Assembly: GCF_006345805.1 (NCBI RefSeq)
Contig: NC_043009.1
Coordinates: 23,994,001 to 24,058,000, forward strand
Reading direction: 5' to 3'
DNA length: 64,000 bases
Source of the DNA: Octopus sinensis
Lineage: Eukaryota
In this document: positions 13,129 through 27,113 of the stretch, in pieces
Layout of the letters: the number at the start of each line of letters is the position of its first letter
How positions within the stretch are numbered: the first letter of the stretch is position 1
Made by a program: the position numbers and the translations under genes
Notes under the pieces: generated by a model
Told to the model about the DNA's origin: nothing
The model's input: only the letters and a program-made list of their open reading frames with translations
Databases searched by the model: none

Positions 13129-14355
13129 CAATAATTAAGATTCAGTTGAATTAGATACTTACGTTGAAGCACCAAGTCAGTCCGGTATTATCTGCACAGC
13201 TCGAAGTAGGGTGAATAAAATCAAAATAAGCAACAGGATTTCAAATAGTAATGCAATACGACCGTTTCAAGCGTCTCTATTTAATTGAACATTGCAATCA
13301 TTACATCAATTTGAATACAGTACTATTTTCAGCTACACAAAAAAAATATGGAATTTCAACAGATAGGATACATTAGTATAATTTCTCTTAAATGTCTAAC
13401 AGAATAAGAAAATGGAAGAATATTCGTGTTGTCGCTTTTGTAGTAAAAGTGGCGAAGAAAAATGACTTCAATTTCTTAGAATAGCATGGAGGATAGTGGA
13501 GTCATAAGGTTGTAATTCATTTGAAATTCCTTTGTCTGTTTATCATCTACTAAAATCTGAGACTAGAAGATTGTGTATATTTAGAATAAGGAACAGAGTG
13601 AGTTGACAGCTCATGGCTAGCCATTGGTCATAAATATTGTCATAGGTATCCCTCTCCCCCTAAGAGGAAAGAAATAAAACTTTAGAAAGAGTCAATTAGA
13701 TAGAAGTCACTGTCTATAAAAAACAGGCAGAGTAGGGGGTAGACATAAATAATGATTTTAATTACCAATTAAAGGGGCAAGACACTAAGAAAATTAAGAT
13801 ACTGACACAAGGAAACTATTATTAGGAGCACGATGGGTGAACGTTTATAAGCAATATTATTATGTTGTATAGAAATGGAATAAAATTTTAGAATTCAAGA
13901 AAATGATATCATAACCAAAATAGCTAAAAGGTATGTATGTATCAATTATGAACATTAAAAGGGAGATCACTATTATGTAGAATCAATTTAATACTTCTTT
14001 ACTTAATTAATTATTAGGTGGTTTCTATAAAGCCTGCTCAAGCCACTTACGCATGGAATATCTAGAGAGATATACAAACTATCTATTGATTTGAAGCGAT
14101 GAATCAGAAGCGGGATAATAAGATAATGGTAATACATAGGCATAATTAAATATAAAGAATAAAATATGAAGCATAGAATATAAATATACTCGAAAATGTG
14201 TAGTGACATAGTTAGGTGTAAAGTGTAAAAATAATGCATGCAGATATATATATATATATATATATACATACAAAAAGGATTTATTAAAAATATATATGCA
14301 TATACATGTATACTGACAAGCACAAATATGTGTGTATATGAATATATATATATAT

Positions 14356-14398
<43 letters not shown>

Positions 14399-14430
14399 AC
14401 ACACAATATATATATATATATATATATTTG

Positions 14431-14465
<35 letters not shown>

Positions 14466-15490
14466 ACATATATACAAATATATATACGCTTATATGAAAG
14501 AATATAAAAAGTGATAAATGATAGTAGATAATTAAGGTAAGGGTATCAAAATAAGAAAAAAAAATAGCAAGTATTTGTAGAAAATAATAAGAAAGACATA
14601 TAGCATACATATAAAGAGAAAGGGGATGACATTTAGAGGCAGGGAAGAGATAAAGGTGACCTAAAAAGGAGGTAAAAGATAGGAAGTAGTGCAGGCAGTT
14701 AAAGGGTGTACAAAACGAAGTTTTATAGATTGTAATATTACAGGTGTTATTGTATGCATGATTTTATAGCCTCTAGTGGGGTAAAGGATTTAGTCAAGGG
14801 AGAATTACGTTCATAAAATCACACCAAATCTGCATAATATGACTGGTAGGGTAGAAATTCGTAGAAAGGAAAAACAATGTAATCACCAAAATCAGATGAA
14901 GTCAGACTAACTAGACAAGGGTTATTATGGGATAATAATATATATAGCACACCATATGACACAACACATAGCATATAACATATGTAATATAATACACTCT
15001 ACCATATAACAAAATATCCCATGATTTTATATTTTATCTTAGAGGATAAGTTATAACGGATGCGACACCAAAATTAATTCCCACCATCAAAGTTCAAGTA
15101 TAATAATTGTAATATTGTTAGTTTCGAAAATACTTAAATGTGCGGGTGATGCTATGGATGCATGATACCCTAAGGTCTAATCTATTATTAATAAGGTTGT
15201 TCTTGTCTCTGTAATAAAAAAAATCACATAAATTTCGATAGAGCAAGGCTCACACCCATATCGATTATCTCTATGAAGCTGCACTCTCCGTATTATATTC
15301 CATTTAAGGCTAAAATCAGTCCCGCTTTCTTTTAGTTTCCAAATCTTACTAGATAATGACGTATTATCGGCCTTTTTTCTATCTTCTTATTCTGTTAGAT
15401 TTTTAAGAAAAATTATATTAATGTATTCCTACCTGTTGAAATTCTTACCTTTCTATGGTATTTATTCCCATGCTGGCCACTTGATAATAT
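13128..15490 (-). mobile_element. Highly degraded long repeat, possibly a Penelope-like remnant
   Basis: Begins after (TA)n with sequence like 62864; strand-asymmetric purine bias; no recognisable intact ORF. Confidence 0.3.
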
Positions 15491-15612
15491 CGATATTTAA
15501 ATATCGATATTATCTTTATATATATATATATATATATATGCACACATACATACATATAGAGAGATAGAGAGAAAGATGCATACATATAAACATATATATA
15601 TATATATATACA

Positions 15613-15908
15613 CCAGAGTTAGCATATAAATGTGAAACTAGATGGGAAAATAGCACTCGAATACCGGAGAAAGGTTAATATGCTTCATTAATAAAGCTGC
15701 AAAGACATAAAAAAGTATTTCACTTTCCCGTTCGTCGGGCATTTCTGGTTGAGATTTTCTCAACCAAAACTGTCCGACGAACGTGAACGTGAAACTCTGA
15801 GTAACAGTTTTTGTGATGTCTGTGCAGCTTTATTAATGAAGCATATTAACCTTTCTCCGGTATTCGAGTACTATTTTCCATCTAGTTTCACATTTATATG
15901 CTTACTCT

Positions 15909-15910
<2 letters not shown>
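15613..15910. mobile_element. Small palindromic HHR-bearing element between (TA)n tracts
   Basis: About 90-bp inverted arms (15613-15702 / 15823-15910); HHR in the interior plus a degenerate inverted HHR; a related degenerate copy at ~61477-61514. Confidence 0.7.
15769..15808 (+). ncRNA. Minimal type I hammerhead ribozyme motif (core CCGACGA variant)
   Basis: actgt-CCGACGA-acg(tgaa)cgt-GAAAC-tctga-GTA-acagt: 5-bp stem I, 3-bp stem II, short stem III. Confidence 0.6.
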
Positions 15911-15969
<59 letters not shown>

Positions 15970-16115
15970 GAGGGCATTATTACACATAAATGCCTCACAC
16001 TAAGAGGGACATAAGTCATTTCTACCAAAAATTTCACTAATCATACCCAATGTAGCTATCTACCAGATAATTTCTTGTTAATATTCCTTATTAAGAAGTT
16101 ATCCTTAATTGTTAA

Positions 16116-16159
<44 letters not shown>

Positions 16160-16399
16160 TATAAATCAAGAGTAGGACATAATGAACACAAGCGGAAATC
16201 CAACAAAACACAACATGTGGAAAAATAGACGATAATATAAACGGTAAACAGAACAAAAACAAGATGAACGAGCCATTCGCAACCGATTTCCTTTTCAGCG
16301 AATGGTATATGTACTATGACATATCATGTATGTATGTATATGTATGTATGCATATTATTATTAGTGTTATTATTATTTTTTTTATTATTATTATTATTA

Positions 16400-17045
16400 T
16401 TTTCTTCTTCTTTCAAATTTACTTCCATTTCTTGCCGAGTGTCTTCCCGACTCCTAGGGCAAAGAAACTCATAGTATACATTGGTAGGCCATTAAACTAA
16501 ACTCAATAGTTCGTTCATTTTTTTTTCTTTAAAGTTAAATTAAAATACATGGGTAGTAATAGTTCTCACAGCGACAATGCTCTTCTCAATACGTGTGATG
16601 TACCAGTTAAGACAATCTTTTGCACTTCTTGCAGGGATGGTAAGCCAGGGATCATTCTTATATAATTTTCGGCTCCCTTCTTGATCATTCCTAGTGCTCC
16701 TACGATCACTGGTATTGTACGCGTCTTGAGATGCCACATTTTCTCAATTTCAATGAGCAGATCTTTATATTTTCTGAGCTTGTCAAACTCTTTCGCCGAG
16801 ATATTATGATCACAGGGGATGCTCATGTCAATCAATAAGCAAACTTTATTGTTTTTGTCTTTCACAACAATATCTGGTTTATTGGCTTTGATGGTTCGGT
16901 CTGTATGTACTGGAAAGTCCCACAGAATCGTTACACTTTCTCCTTCAGTTACAGCCTCAGGGTGGTGATTATACCACTTGTCGGCAGTTTTGATATTGTA
17001 ATGCCGACTTATTAGCCAGTGTAGATATTGGCCAACTCTGTCATG
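16400..17045 (-). mobile_element. Second, shorter copy of the same R4/Dong-like element
   Basis: Nearly identical to 10161-10800; open frame from HDRVGQYLHW to RRALSL; flanked by (TTA)n and (TTC)n/(TTA)n. Confidence 0.9.
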
Positions 17046-17046
17046 T

Positions 17047-17138
17047 CTTCTTCTTCTTCTTCTTCTTCTTCTTCTTCTTCTTCTTCTTCTTCTTCTTCTT
17101 CTTCTTCTTCTTCTTCTTCTTCTTCTTCTTCTTCTTCT

Positions 17139-17169
<31 letters not shown>

Positions 17170-17214
17170 TTGTTATTATTATATTATTATTATTATTATT
17201 ATTGTATTGTTATT

Positions 17215-17215
<1 letters not shown>
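17047..17215. repeat. (TTC)n followed by (TTA)n
   Basis: Direct reading. Confidence 0.95.
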
Positions 17216-17272
<57 letters not shown>

Positions 17273-17742
17273 AAATATGTTACAAAACGAAATAGAAACT
17301 ACACGTGGAATGTAAGGGGAAAGTAAGAAGAAAAATAAGCGAAAATGCTCATTGGAAATCAAAAAAATAAAGGCTTTTTATGAAAAGTAACGATAGATAT
17401 ATACAATTAGATGAACTGAGGTAGGAATAAAAGTAATAAAAGTCATTATTGTGAATTGTTAAAGATGATTTAAAAGCATACCGCTTACGTGAATTTATTA
17501 ATCACTATACATATATGTGTGTGTTTGCTTGTCAGTGTGTGCGTGAGAGAGAGAGTGTGTGTGTGACTCACTTCAAGTATGCACTCACATATTCCCTCTC
17601 TCTCTCAAGCATACATATACACTTACACACACTCTCACACACACACGCACACACACATACACACACACAAACTTGCATATATACATATAAATCTTGCAGT
17701 GTTCACCCATGCTTAATTCCTATATTCATACGTGTTTTGCAG

Positions 17743-18074
17743 CAGACAAGAGTACCAGGTTTATGTTTTTCGTCGTTTTAGACTCTAGCTATCTATTGAG
17801 AGTCACAGAAAGTAGAAGAAACAAAAGTCAAGTTACTGTATGTTTTCGACTGAGAGTGAGACATGCGTTCAGCAAAACATTTTACAATTTCGGTTGTACC
17901 AGCAATATTTACAAAGTAACTGAAAGTCAAACAGTGGTGGAAGTCACCAATTGGAATTTCATTCTTTCAAATTCTTTGGAGTTTGATGTTGATACTGACA
18001 AAACCGAGAATGTCGAAAACTTTATTGAATCAAATCAAAATGAAAATTCTCTCACTTGGCACAAAGATGTCTAG
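17743..18074 (+). CDS. Paralog g1 exon 4 (ADKSTRFMFF...VCFRLRVRHAFSKTFYNFGC...ENSLTWHKDV*)
   Basis: NAGNAG acceptor ttttgcag|cag|; starting at 17743 puts Cys at residue 34 of the exon, as in g2/g3; C-x17-C (ending GC) spacing conserved; C-terminal ENSL-x-W-x-KD motif. Confidence 0.85.
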
Positions 18075-18324
18075 AAGCGAAAGGTTCTTGAATAACATGG
18101 GCAATAATACTTTCATTCATTTATAATCAGTTAAAAACATAAATTAATATCACAAAGTTGATTAAATAGTGAAGTATACTGATAGCTAAAAAACCAATAT
18201 GTAACAGGTTGGTAATATATTATATTGATTAAACAGTAAAGTTCATTTATAGGTAGGAATAAAGAAACAATGGGTAACAAATCTATCATAAACACAAAAG
18301 AATATAAGAAAATATTTTCTGCTT

Positions 18325-18330
18325 AATAAA
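18325..18330 (+). terminator. g1 candidate polyadenylation signal AATAAA
   Basis: AATAAA followed by a T/GT-rich block (tgtatgttttg...tttcattctac) found at the same relative position after g2 and g3. Confidence 0.55.
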
Positions 18331-19492
18331 TATTTGATTGATGTATGTTTTGTTTTGTTTTGATTTTGATTTTCTTTTCATTTCATTCTACAATATGTTT
18401 TGGGTATCGTAATACAATGGAAATATCTCAACTATTATGACATACGGCATTGTTCCTTTAATATATCTAATACAATAAAATTTTCGTTGGTCAGTACAAA
18501 CTCACATTTCTTGTATAAAAAACGGAATATATAAATAATAGAAATTTTATAGAGTTGGTTAATGTAATCAAATGCTCATGTAATACCGTGTTTCTCAATG
18601 CATACATTTTCGATTTAATCCTTTGTACAGAGAACTGTATCTCAGTTGCATCTCAGTTGTTGTTTGTTATATATTGTAATTTACATAAAGAACACTGTTG
18701 TAATTATCTATCTATCAACTGAGTGAATAAATTAAAATCTAAATATTTTGTAATTACTTCGATGCAAAATATACATATATCTCAAATGAAGTGGCTGCTA
18801 TATCGCTCAACCGAGATAAATACAACTGAGGTAAATAAATAATCAACAAAGTTTTAGAAATTCTCCATCTAATGATTATTTAGGCATTTGTGCAAGTGAA
18901 AATTCAAAATATTTAAATTTTTCAAAATGAAGTAAGAGGATGATCAACTACAACAAGCAATAAGGATATTTTACAATATTTCTCAATCCGAAACAGAATC
19001 ATAAATACTCAGCACCACTATTAGAAATGACTTTATCTACAGACATTATTCCATAACACGTGTTTGTGAGAAGCTGTGGACAGGGAACAACTTGCACAAG
19101 CTGTGCGAAAAGGTCATGTCAGTCGTTTTTTTTTGTTTTTGTTTTAGATATAATTTTTATAGTAAATTACTTTAATTTCTTTCAGAAAATATTTCTTCCT
19201 ATATTGTGACTATGAAAAATTCTTTCTGGAAAAGTTACACATACACACACACACACACGCACATGCACGAAAACATATACATATACCACACCTGCTTACA
19301 CACACCTACATATACAGATTATTATCATCATTATGTAAAACGGATTGTTTCCGCTGCATGTAAAACTCCGTTTTTCAGATCATACACACATACACATACA
19401 TGCGCTCATTCATTCATTCATATATATATAATATAATATTATATATGTGCATATACATTTATGCGCAATATATATATACATATATATACACA

Positions 19493-20070
19493 CAGGGGAT
19501 CGTCTAAATTACACAAAAACGAAAATATGACTGACATCTCATTTTAGCAGATATATTTACCAAAGTTACATAAAAATATCTTGAAGTACTAAAGAGTAAA
19601 CTTGTTCAGTAAAATCCCAATTGGCTTCATCCACGGATTCTAGATGAGTGCGAAATCTGCTGCAACTTTTCTGAACGGTCTCCTTGTTAAAGTTGGTGAA
19701 TGCCGCCATAATCCTTGCCTTCAGTCATCTTTGGTGTCACAGTGAGTTATGTTGGTCTTCCGCTCAACTGCGTCCCAGACATAATAATGACGGGGGTTAC
19801 AATCTGGGTAGATACGTGGCCACATGTTAGAGGTGATGTGGTCGCAGGAATTGTCTGACATCCATGACTGGATTCTCTTGCTTGTGTGGTATGGTACATA
19901 GTTCTGTTGCCAGAGATAGGATCTTCCAGCAGCCACCCACTTGACCCACGGTAGCACTACCTCCTCTAAGCACTTGATGTAGGTATTCGTGTTGAGGGTG
20001 AGGCCGTGTGGGAAGATGAATGGGAGCATAAAGTCGCTATCACTGGTGAGCACTCCAAACACCATGTCGT
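19493..20070 (-). mobile_element. Tc1/mariner remnant, same family as 2652-3260
   Basis: ORF 19721-20065 MVFGVLTSD...WPRIYPDCNPRHYYVWDAVE. Confidence 0.8.
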
Positions 20071-20238
20071 TTCCATAGTGAATTGCGTCATGGTACTATT
20101 TTACTCACAAGCAGTGTCCAACTGACTCTACTATACTGTGTATTCGACAAACTCAAAAACAAACAATGCATATGGGTGAAATAAAAAATATAAAATGGTG
20201 ACAATTTATACATCGCACAGTGTGTGTGTGTATGTGCG

Positions 20239-20293
<55 letters not shown>

Positions 20294-20571
20294 ATTAACA
20301 TCTAATATAGGATAGAATTTTTCGAAAAAAATTGTATCAATGGCCAGCATATTAAAAAATACCTTTAAAGGTTAAATTTATAAACAATTTATCAGGTCCG
20401 ATATGGTAATAACGGAAATTTTGGGGAAATTTATGTCGGCTTTCTTGAAACACGTGTGCTTGTAGTGATAAATTATTGACGTAGTGTCTATTTTCGGCAT
20501 ATTTTGGCATTGGAAATTTTTTCTTTTGTCCTTACTTATAAATTATATATATATTATATATATTATATATA

Positions 20572-20630
<59 letters not shown>

Positions 20631-20639
20631 CAACTGATG

Positions 20640-21640
20640 ATGTCCAGAGGTGCTGAGTATAGAAAACACTCACTAGAGGTTCGATTGGAGAAGGAATGAA
20701 GGAATTCATGTATGCTCAGTAGCGGTGGTTGAAACCGACAGTTCAGCCAATGTAGACCCTTGCTTGTTGTGAGCGTGTAGTTATTACTCGGCGTTTATAG
20801 GCTAAATTATTGTGTAGACAAGTGTATAGAGTTGGGATACACGGCACTTGCAAATTTTTCTACTGGCACTGGATTTGAAAGTCATCCCTGCACAACTCTG
20901 GTTCGTACGATCAGTTACCACCATAGAAGTACGGGAGGTATTATCACTGCCGAAGTCGAGCTGTTATATACGGTCTCTCTATTTACTCTCATTTCTGTCT
21001 ACCTACTTCAGTGTTCACCCTCTTCCCCCAACTTGCTTTCATTCTTTGAATTTCCTCTTGCCTCCCTGCTATCATTTACAACTCAATATCTTCCTCCATG
21101 TTAATACTCACCCACCTCTGTTTTGTCATCGTACCTGTCCTCAGTTGTATAGCCTCCATCATCCATGATTATTAAAGTTTATTCTCAGATCTAACAACGG
21201 CGTCTTCCTTTTCAATACTACTCATCCTACCCCTTTCACACTCATCTCCTCACTCACTACTTCTACTTTTACTTCTCTCAATTACCTGGTCACTAACCAC
21301 TCCCTCTTTTTCGGCCTCTTCTATTTCTTCTTGCCCTTCCTCTACTTCAATATCTTTTCGCCCTCCATCACTGAGCCGCAAACCCATCCTCCTTCCACCT
21401 ATTTCTATTTGCCTCCTTCTTCCCTCATTCTACCCTTAAATTCCATTCATTATGACCCTCGGCGTTAGAAGCCAATCTCTCCTCCCCGAAGACGGGGTCC
21501 TGATTTACAATAATTCTTATATCCATCTACTACTGGTGACATATAAGTGACATTTTTCACATACCATCTACCAATATTACAACTATTATGTAATTTCGAG
21601 GCCCTAGAAACAGCTGTTGGTCATGAAATACCATGCGCTC
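20640..21640 (+). mobile_element. Degraded repeat, possibly a Penelope-like 3' region
   Basis: Pyrimidine-rich; KFHSL*PSAL resembles the L-x-T-L-x-P-x-G-L-N end of PLE GIY-YIG domains (weak). Confidence 0.25.
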
Positions 21641-22235
21641 TCCCCTAAGTCTTCTGTATATTGTGTAGTCCATGTAAATCTGTTCAGTAAATATACAAAT
21701 ATCTTTATGCTTATACACGAATGTTGAACTTCCGAATATTCAGTTTTTGTTTCTCCTATATAACCCTATATATATTTACAAGCATATGCTTTTATTGTTT
21801 TGCTTGTTTTAGTCATTTGACTGCGGCCACGCTGGAGCACCGCCTTTAGTTGAGCAAAGCACCCCAGGACATTCTTTGTAAGCCTAGTACATATTCTATC
21901 GGTCTCTTTTGTCGAACCGTTAAGTTACGGGGATTAAAAGTCCTTTTTTTGTATAATCGTATCAATTCGATTATGTAGAAGACAGAATCGAAAAAGTTTG
22001 TAATAATTCGTAAAAATGAAAAGGTTATGAGGGATCTTAGCACGTGCATACATCATAATTCCACCGATTCAGCGTTCGGCCAATTGTTTTTATTAAAGCT
22101 TATGTTTTGTAGTGCGTTATTTTTGCAGTTAATATATCTTATTAATTCAATCATTTTTCTTAAAATATCAAATGCACGTTCTGATAATAACTGCTTTGTA
22201 GTATTTCATCTTCTAGGTCTCTGCTTTATCGGATC

Positions 22236-22620
22236 ACTAGCAGTATCGCCCGGCGTTGCTCAGGTTTGTAAGGGAAATAACTATAAAGCATTTTTAGAGA
22301 GTTATAGCCAAAAAATAGCAAAAAAATGGAAAAAAATGATGGTAAATTTTTTTTGAGATTTAAAAAAGGTGGAGTTGCGTCCCCATGACAGTTTATGGTT
22401 TGTGTTTCTGATTCTCGACCCCATGTCGAATTTATCGATTGTTTTCAGAACTGGGGGAACTTTTCAAAATTTTCGCTGCGTTAGTTTTGAATTATGACAT
22501 TGGGCTATGTGTGTGTCAAGTTTCATCAGAATCGGTTGAAAGCCGTGGTCAGGGTGAGGGTACAAGCAAACAGACACACAGAAACACGCACAGACAAACT
22601 GCCGTTTATATAGAGAGAGA
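22236..22620 (+). mobile_element. Non-autonomous Helitron/HINE (DINE-1-like) repeat
   Basis: actagcagtatcgcccggcgttgc start, aagtttcatcagaatcgg...cagacacacaga and tttatatagaga end are typical of this class. Confidence 0.4.
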
Positions 22621-22701
22621 TTAGTTATACATTTATGTATTTCATCCACGAAATCCTGGGCTGCTACTTTTCACAAAGGCTTTTGTGGTTTCTTTACATT
22701 A

Positions 22702-22835
<134 letters not shown>

Positions 22836-22916
22836 CTATCTATCTATCTATCTATATCTGTGTATAAATATTGCAGCTTCGAAGATATTTGTTGGACATT
22901 ATTCAAGAGGAACAAA

Positions 22917-23091
22917 AACCGTTTGATTCACTTCAACATTTGAATTTAACTTGTGTCAAAATAATTTTCGTCGCTCTGAAACCGCCACCTCTTCACTGAC
23001 AAAACTTCGTGCTGGAGGTCGCAGTTTCAGAGTGACGAAAATATTTTGACACAAATTAAATTTAAATGTTGAAGTGAATCAAACGGTTTTT
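22917..23091. mobile_element. MITE-like fold-back (~75-bp arms)
   Basis: aaaccgtttgattcacttcaacattt... / ...aaatgttgaagtgaatcaaacggttt. Confidence 0.6.
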
Positions 23092-23269
23092 CTATGTCCT
23101 TAAATGGCTTACAAATATCTTCCTCGCTGAAATTGTTTTTGTTTTAGCACACGATCTTTAATCAAGTCAATTGCTATGCATGAAGAAATCTGTAATTTAA
23201 TTTTCATTTGTCAGAATTTTCGTTGCTCGACCGGTATGACAGACGAACTTTTTCCAGGACAGACAACAA

Positions 23270-23842
23270 CTGAGAGACTAAATTTAACTGACAGAGTATT
23301 TAATATGAAACTTAGGGATCCCTTGCATGATATCTTGGAGAAGAATGTTTTGTGAGAGGTTGCAGGCGTACATTTGGACTATAGAGTTTCAAAAAGGTTG
23401 ACTACCCCATTGTCATATGTTGTTCATATTAAAAAATGATCCAGAAAATTATGATAAATTTGTTTATGCAGAACCTCCAAATCCACAAACTCAACCAATT
23501 CTGTTTCAACATGTCACCAAAAGCATGCTACATGATCAATGTAGAAGTGATGAACCCAATGCCACATGTATAGTTGATGGGAAGTCAACCATACATTTCC
23601 CTAAAAACTTTAAGGAAAATACATTACACAGTTATATATAATGTATTTACATTACAGACGCAGGAGTGGCTGTGTGGTAAGAAGCTTGCTTCCCAGCCGC
23701 ATGGTTCCGGGTTCAGTCCTACTGCGTGCACCTTGAGCAAGTGTGTTCTGCTATTGCCTCGGGCCGACCAAAGCCTTGTGAGTGGATTTGGTAGACAGAA
23801 ACTGAAAGAAGCCTGTCGTATATATATCTATATATCTATATG

Positions 23843-23890
<48 letters not shown>

Positions 23891-24900
23891 TGTTTTTTCT
23901 GTTTGTGTCTGTGTTTGTACCCCCACCATCGCTTGACACCCGAAACCGGTGTGTCTACGTCCCCGTCACTTAGCGGTTCGGCAAAAGAGACCGATAGAAT
24001 AAGTACTAGGCTTACAAAGAATAAGTCCTGGGGTCGATTTTATTCGACTAAAGGTGGTGCTCCAGCATGGCCGCATTCAAATGACTGAAACAAATAAAAG
24101 AGTAAAAAGAGAGTAAAGTCTAATTTTGAATTAGATAATCAATCAGTAGCTCCATATTCCCTCTTCTTTTTTTAGTCAAATATGGAGGTCATTGTAATGT
24201 AGTGATATGTACATCTGTAAAATCAGTTTAATATATTGGCAGATACATTCATAAAGGTCACGACCGGGTGACAGTCAATATGAGCGGACAAACCAATGCA
24301 AGACAAACATACAAAGATTAAAATTGAAGATTATGTTAATGGACGCAATGTACCTCATCAGAAGCAGTCTGGAGGATTTTATAGTTCAAATTAAAAGGTC
24401 CATATTCAGCAGTGAAACAGCTTACAGTTCATTTAGCCAAACAGCAATACATTTACTTTAATGGCGATGATATTATTGAACATGTTATCCACAAACATCA
24501 CAGGCCCACTCTCACTGAATAGAGACGAGTTAACCGGGAATCACCAGCTAACTCATTTGCATGTACATTACACTCTACTGATTTCCCTGAATTTTACACG
24601 TGGAATAATAGTGAGAAAATATGGCATCTCAGAAAAAATAATACACGCTCAATTGGGCGTGTCTACATTGTTTCACCAAAGGAACAAGAGCAATTATATC
24701 TGAGAGCTTTACTATATCATATTCCCGGAGCTACATCATTTGAAGGTAAGAGGGCTATTAATGGTGTAGTTTGACATAGTTACAAAGAGGCTGCATTGAA
24801 ACTGAATGTAGCACGTGATGATCGTGAATGCTATTGGATTATGGAAGTTGCACATATTTTAGCTACAACATATTAAATGCGATGACTTTCTGCTCCATTC
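23270..24900 (+). mobile_element. Helitron Rep-region remnants, interrupted by a SINE
   Basis: LPHCHMLFIL...YAEPPNP...MLHDQC...FPKNF; HKGHDR...EAVWRI...LTVHL; HIPGATSFE...EAAL...DDRE. Confidence 0.75.
23655..24120 (+). mobile_element. Octopus-type tRNA-derived SINE with a central microsatellite (representative copy)
   Basis: tRNA-like head gtggtaag...ccgggttcag, ccttg(a/g)gcaagt core, central (TA)n, 3' tail gcggttcggcaaaagagaccgatagaataagtact...gtaaaagag. Similar copies at ~9575-10085(-), 12715-13015(-), 21800-21945(-), 39905-40300(+), 42165-42360(-), 50560-50910(-), 56295-56585(+), 57705-58030(-). Confidence 0.85.
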
Positions 24901-24943
24901 TTAATTACTGCATTCTATATGTATACTTGTATGTATACTTGTA

Positions 24944-24994
<51 letters not shown>

Positions 24995-25044
24995 TATATA
25001 TATATATATATATAATATATAGATATATATATATATATAATATA

Positions 25045-25079
<35 letters not shown>

Positions 25080-25081
25080 AG

Positions 25082-25121
<40 letters not shown>

Positions 25122-25183
25122 TGCACAAATATATGATACAATGTAAAATACGCTATCTTAAAGATAGCGTGTTCACACTAGTG

Positions 25184-25217
<34 letters not shown>

Positions 25218-25736
25218 GTAATCCAAACGTGAAAACACAAAGAGAAAACACAACGACGCAAGGACGTGGAACAAGAAGTATAGTATTATTGGACGACGCT
25301 CAGGAAAGGAAAGAAAGGAGGAGGATTTAACGCTTCGAGCGGAGCTCTTCGTCAGAAACATAGAAAAAGAAAGATCCAAGGAATGGAAAACGGAGGAAAA
25401 AATCGCCAACGTTACACACGCGGTCACATATTGAAAGGTATATATATACATATTGAATATATAATATATATAATATATATATATATAATATATATATATT
25501 ATATTATATATATGCGACAGAATTCTTTCGGTTTCCGTCTACGAAATCCACTCGCAAGGGTTTGGTCGGCCCAAGGCTATAGCAGAAGACACACACAGCC
25601 ACTCCTGCGTTTATATTTTATGTATCAGACCCAACCGCGTTTATTCTTTATTCGGTCGCTCTCCATATTCGTTCATCTGGATTCGTCTTATAGCCACTCT
25701 TTACTGTGTTGACACACACACACACACATATATATA

Positions 25737-25816
<80 letters not shown>

Positions 25817-26089
25817 TATTATATATATATATATATTATATATATGATAAAACTTACTTGGAAAAGGGTGCGTGGCGTTCGATCATATATAATATAAATA
25901 ATATATAAATATATGCATTTTTACATACATATTTGTACATACCTACATCTATATGTATATATACATGCATATATGGGTACAGGACATTAAAAAAAATGTT
26001 GAACACAATGAGAAACGAAAACATAAAAACAAAAACGTGGAAACGAACTTTTTTTCAACAACGAAAAAACAGAGTACAAGACATAAAAC

Positions 26090-26300
26090 ACAATTTTATT
26101 CAACAACAACATTAACAACATTTAGCAAAAACATCTTTAAATGATTATTCCGACCGGTTGCCATGCAAATGGGAAGCAGTAATTGAAGTAGATGGTGAAT
26201 ATGCTCCGGAATAATCATTTAAAGATGTTTTTGTTACATGTTATTGTATTTGTTGAATAAAATTTATTGAAACAAAAAGCCGTAATAAGTATGCACCAAC
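26090..26300. mobile_element. Deleted mariner-like element end; related copy at ~28925-29125
   Basis: Shared catctttaaatg...gaatatgctccggaata and a tgca(c/t)caaccyaata TIR-like end. Confidence 0.5.
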
Positions 26301-26560
26301 CTAATATATACAAGAGTGGGGTGTACTGGGATTTGAGTAAAACAAAATGCAGGTGGATCAGTATTCCCCTTTCAAATTCACACTCTTATCACAGTGGTCC
26401 TTCAGTTTTCCTATGCTTCCGACCAAACCTTTCACGGTACCATTAAAGCTAGAAACTTTTCAGCAAAAGCCCTCGTATAAACGTATTCATGCTTGTGTGT
26501 TTGTGTATGTGCACGCATGTATGTGTATGTATGTGTGTGTATGTGTGTGTATGAGTGTGC

Positions 26561-26666
<106 letters not shown>

Positions 26667-27105
26667 GTGTGTGCGCGTGTGTGTAAATGTTAGCGTATTT
26701 CAACCATAATAATTGATCTACACTTAAAGCACTTTACATTTCGAATTTCTTATAATTTTATAGTCTCTGGCTAATTGTCAATTAAGAGGTCTATTAAACT
26801 TGAGGCTTCAAAAAACAATGGTTTTGTTGTTACAAACGTGATTGTTTACAGATAACTAGTATTTGTGCAAAAATAGCATGAAATAATGCGTGAAAATAAA
26901 CAACAAGTAAAGTGATTCCTAACAAACTTTTAGACAAATGACTTTTTTGTTCTAAGCGGTTGAAGTGTGTTTTAATGATGCAATTGCTTAAGTAGTTTCC
27001 CATATCAGCCAACTTAAAATAAGCGTTCATCCTGCTCCTGGTATCTTGTATTTGTTTTCAATATCTTATCATTAATCTAAACTGTACTCGTATCACATTA
27101 AACGC

Positions 27106-27113
27106 TATAAATA
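27106..27113 (+). promoter_or_regulatory. Candidate TATA box of g2 (TATAAATA)
   Basis: About 110 nt upstream of ATG 27216 and just upstream of a 5' segment shared with g3 (cacatt..tgtcaaac..tcactagcgagc); the equivalent positions in g1/g3 are degenerate. Confidence 0.4.

Noticed and set aside
13240-13300. Possible minus-strand HHR (GAAAC-G-GTC with an 8-bp stem I)
   Set aside because: No recognisable CUGANGA core and no convincing stem II; at best a decayed remnant.
17694-17742. ORF-track starts for exon-4 ORFs (17694, 39231, 56776) as single-exon genes
   Set aside because: The N-terminal parts lie in introns or begin at TTG; splice sites and paralog alignment show these are terminal exons.
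25325-25359. HHR-like motif CTGACGA-a-gagc/gctc-GAAGC-GTT (similar at ~61305-61330)
   Set aside because: GAAA is mutated to GAAG and the cleavage triplet is poor; kept only as a degenerate member, not listed as a ribozyme.
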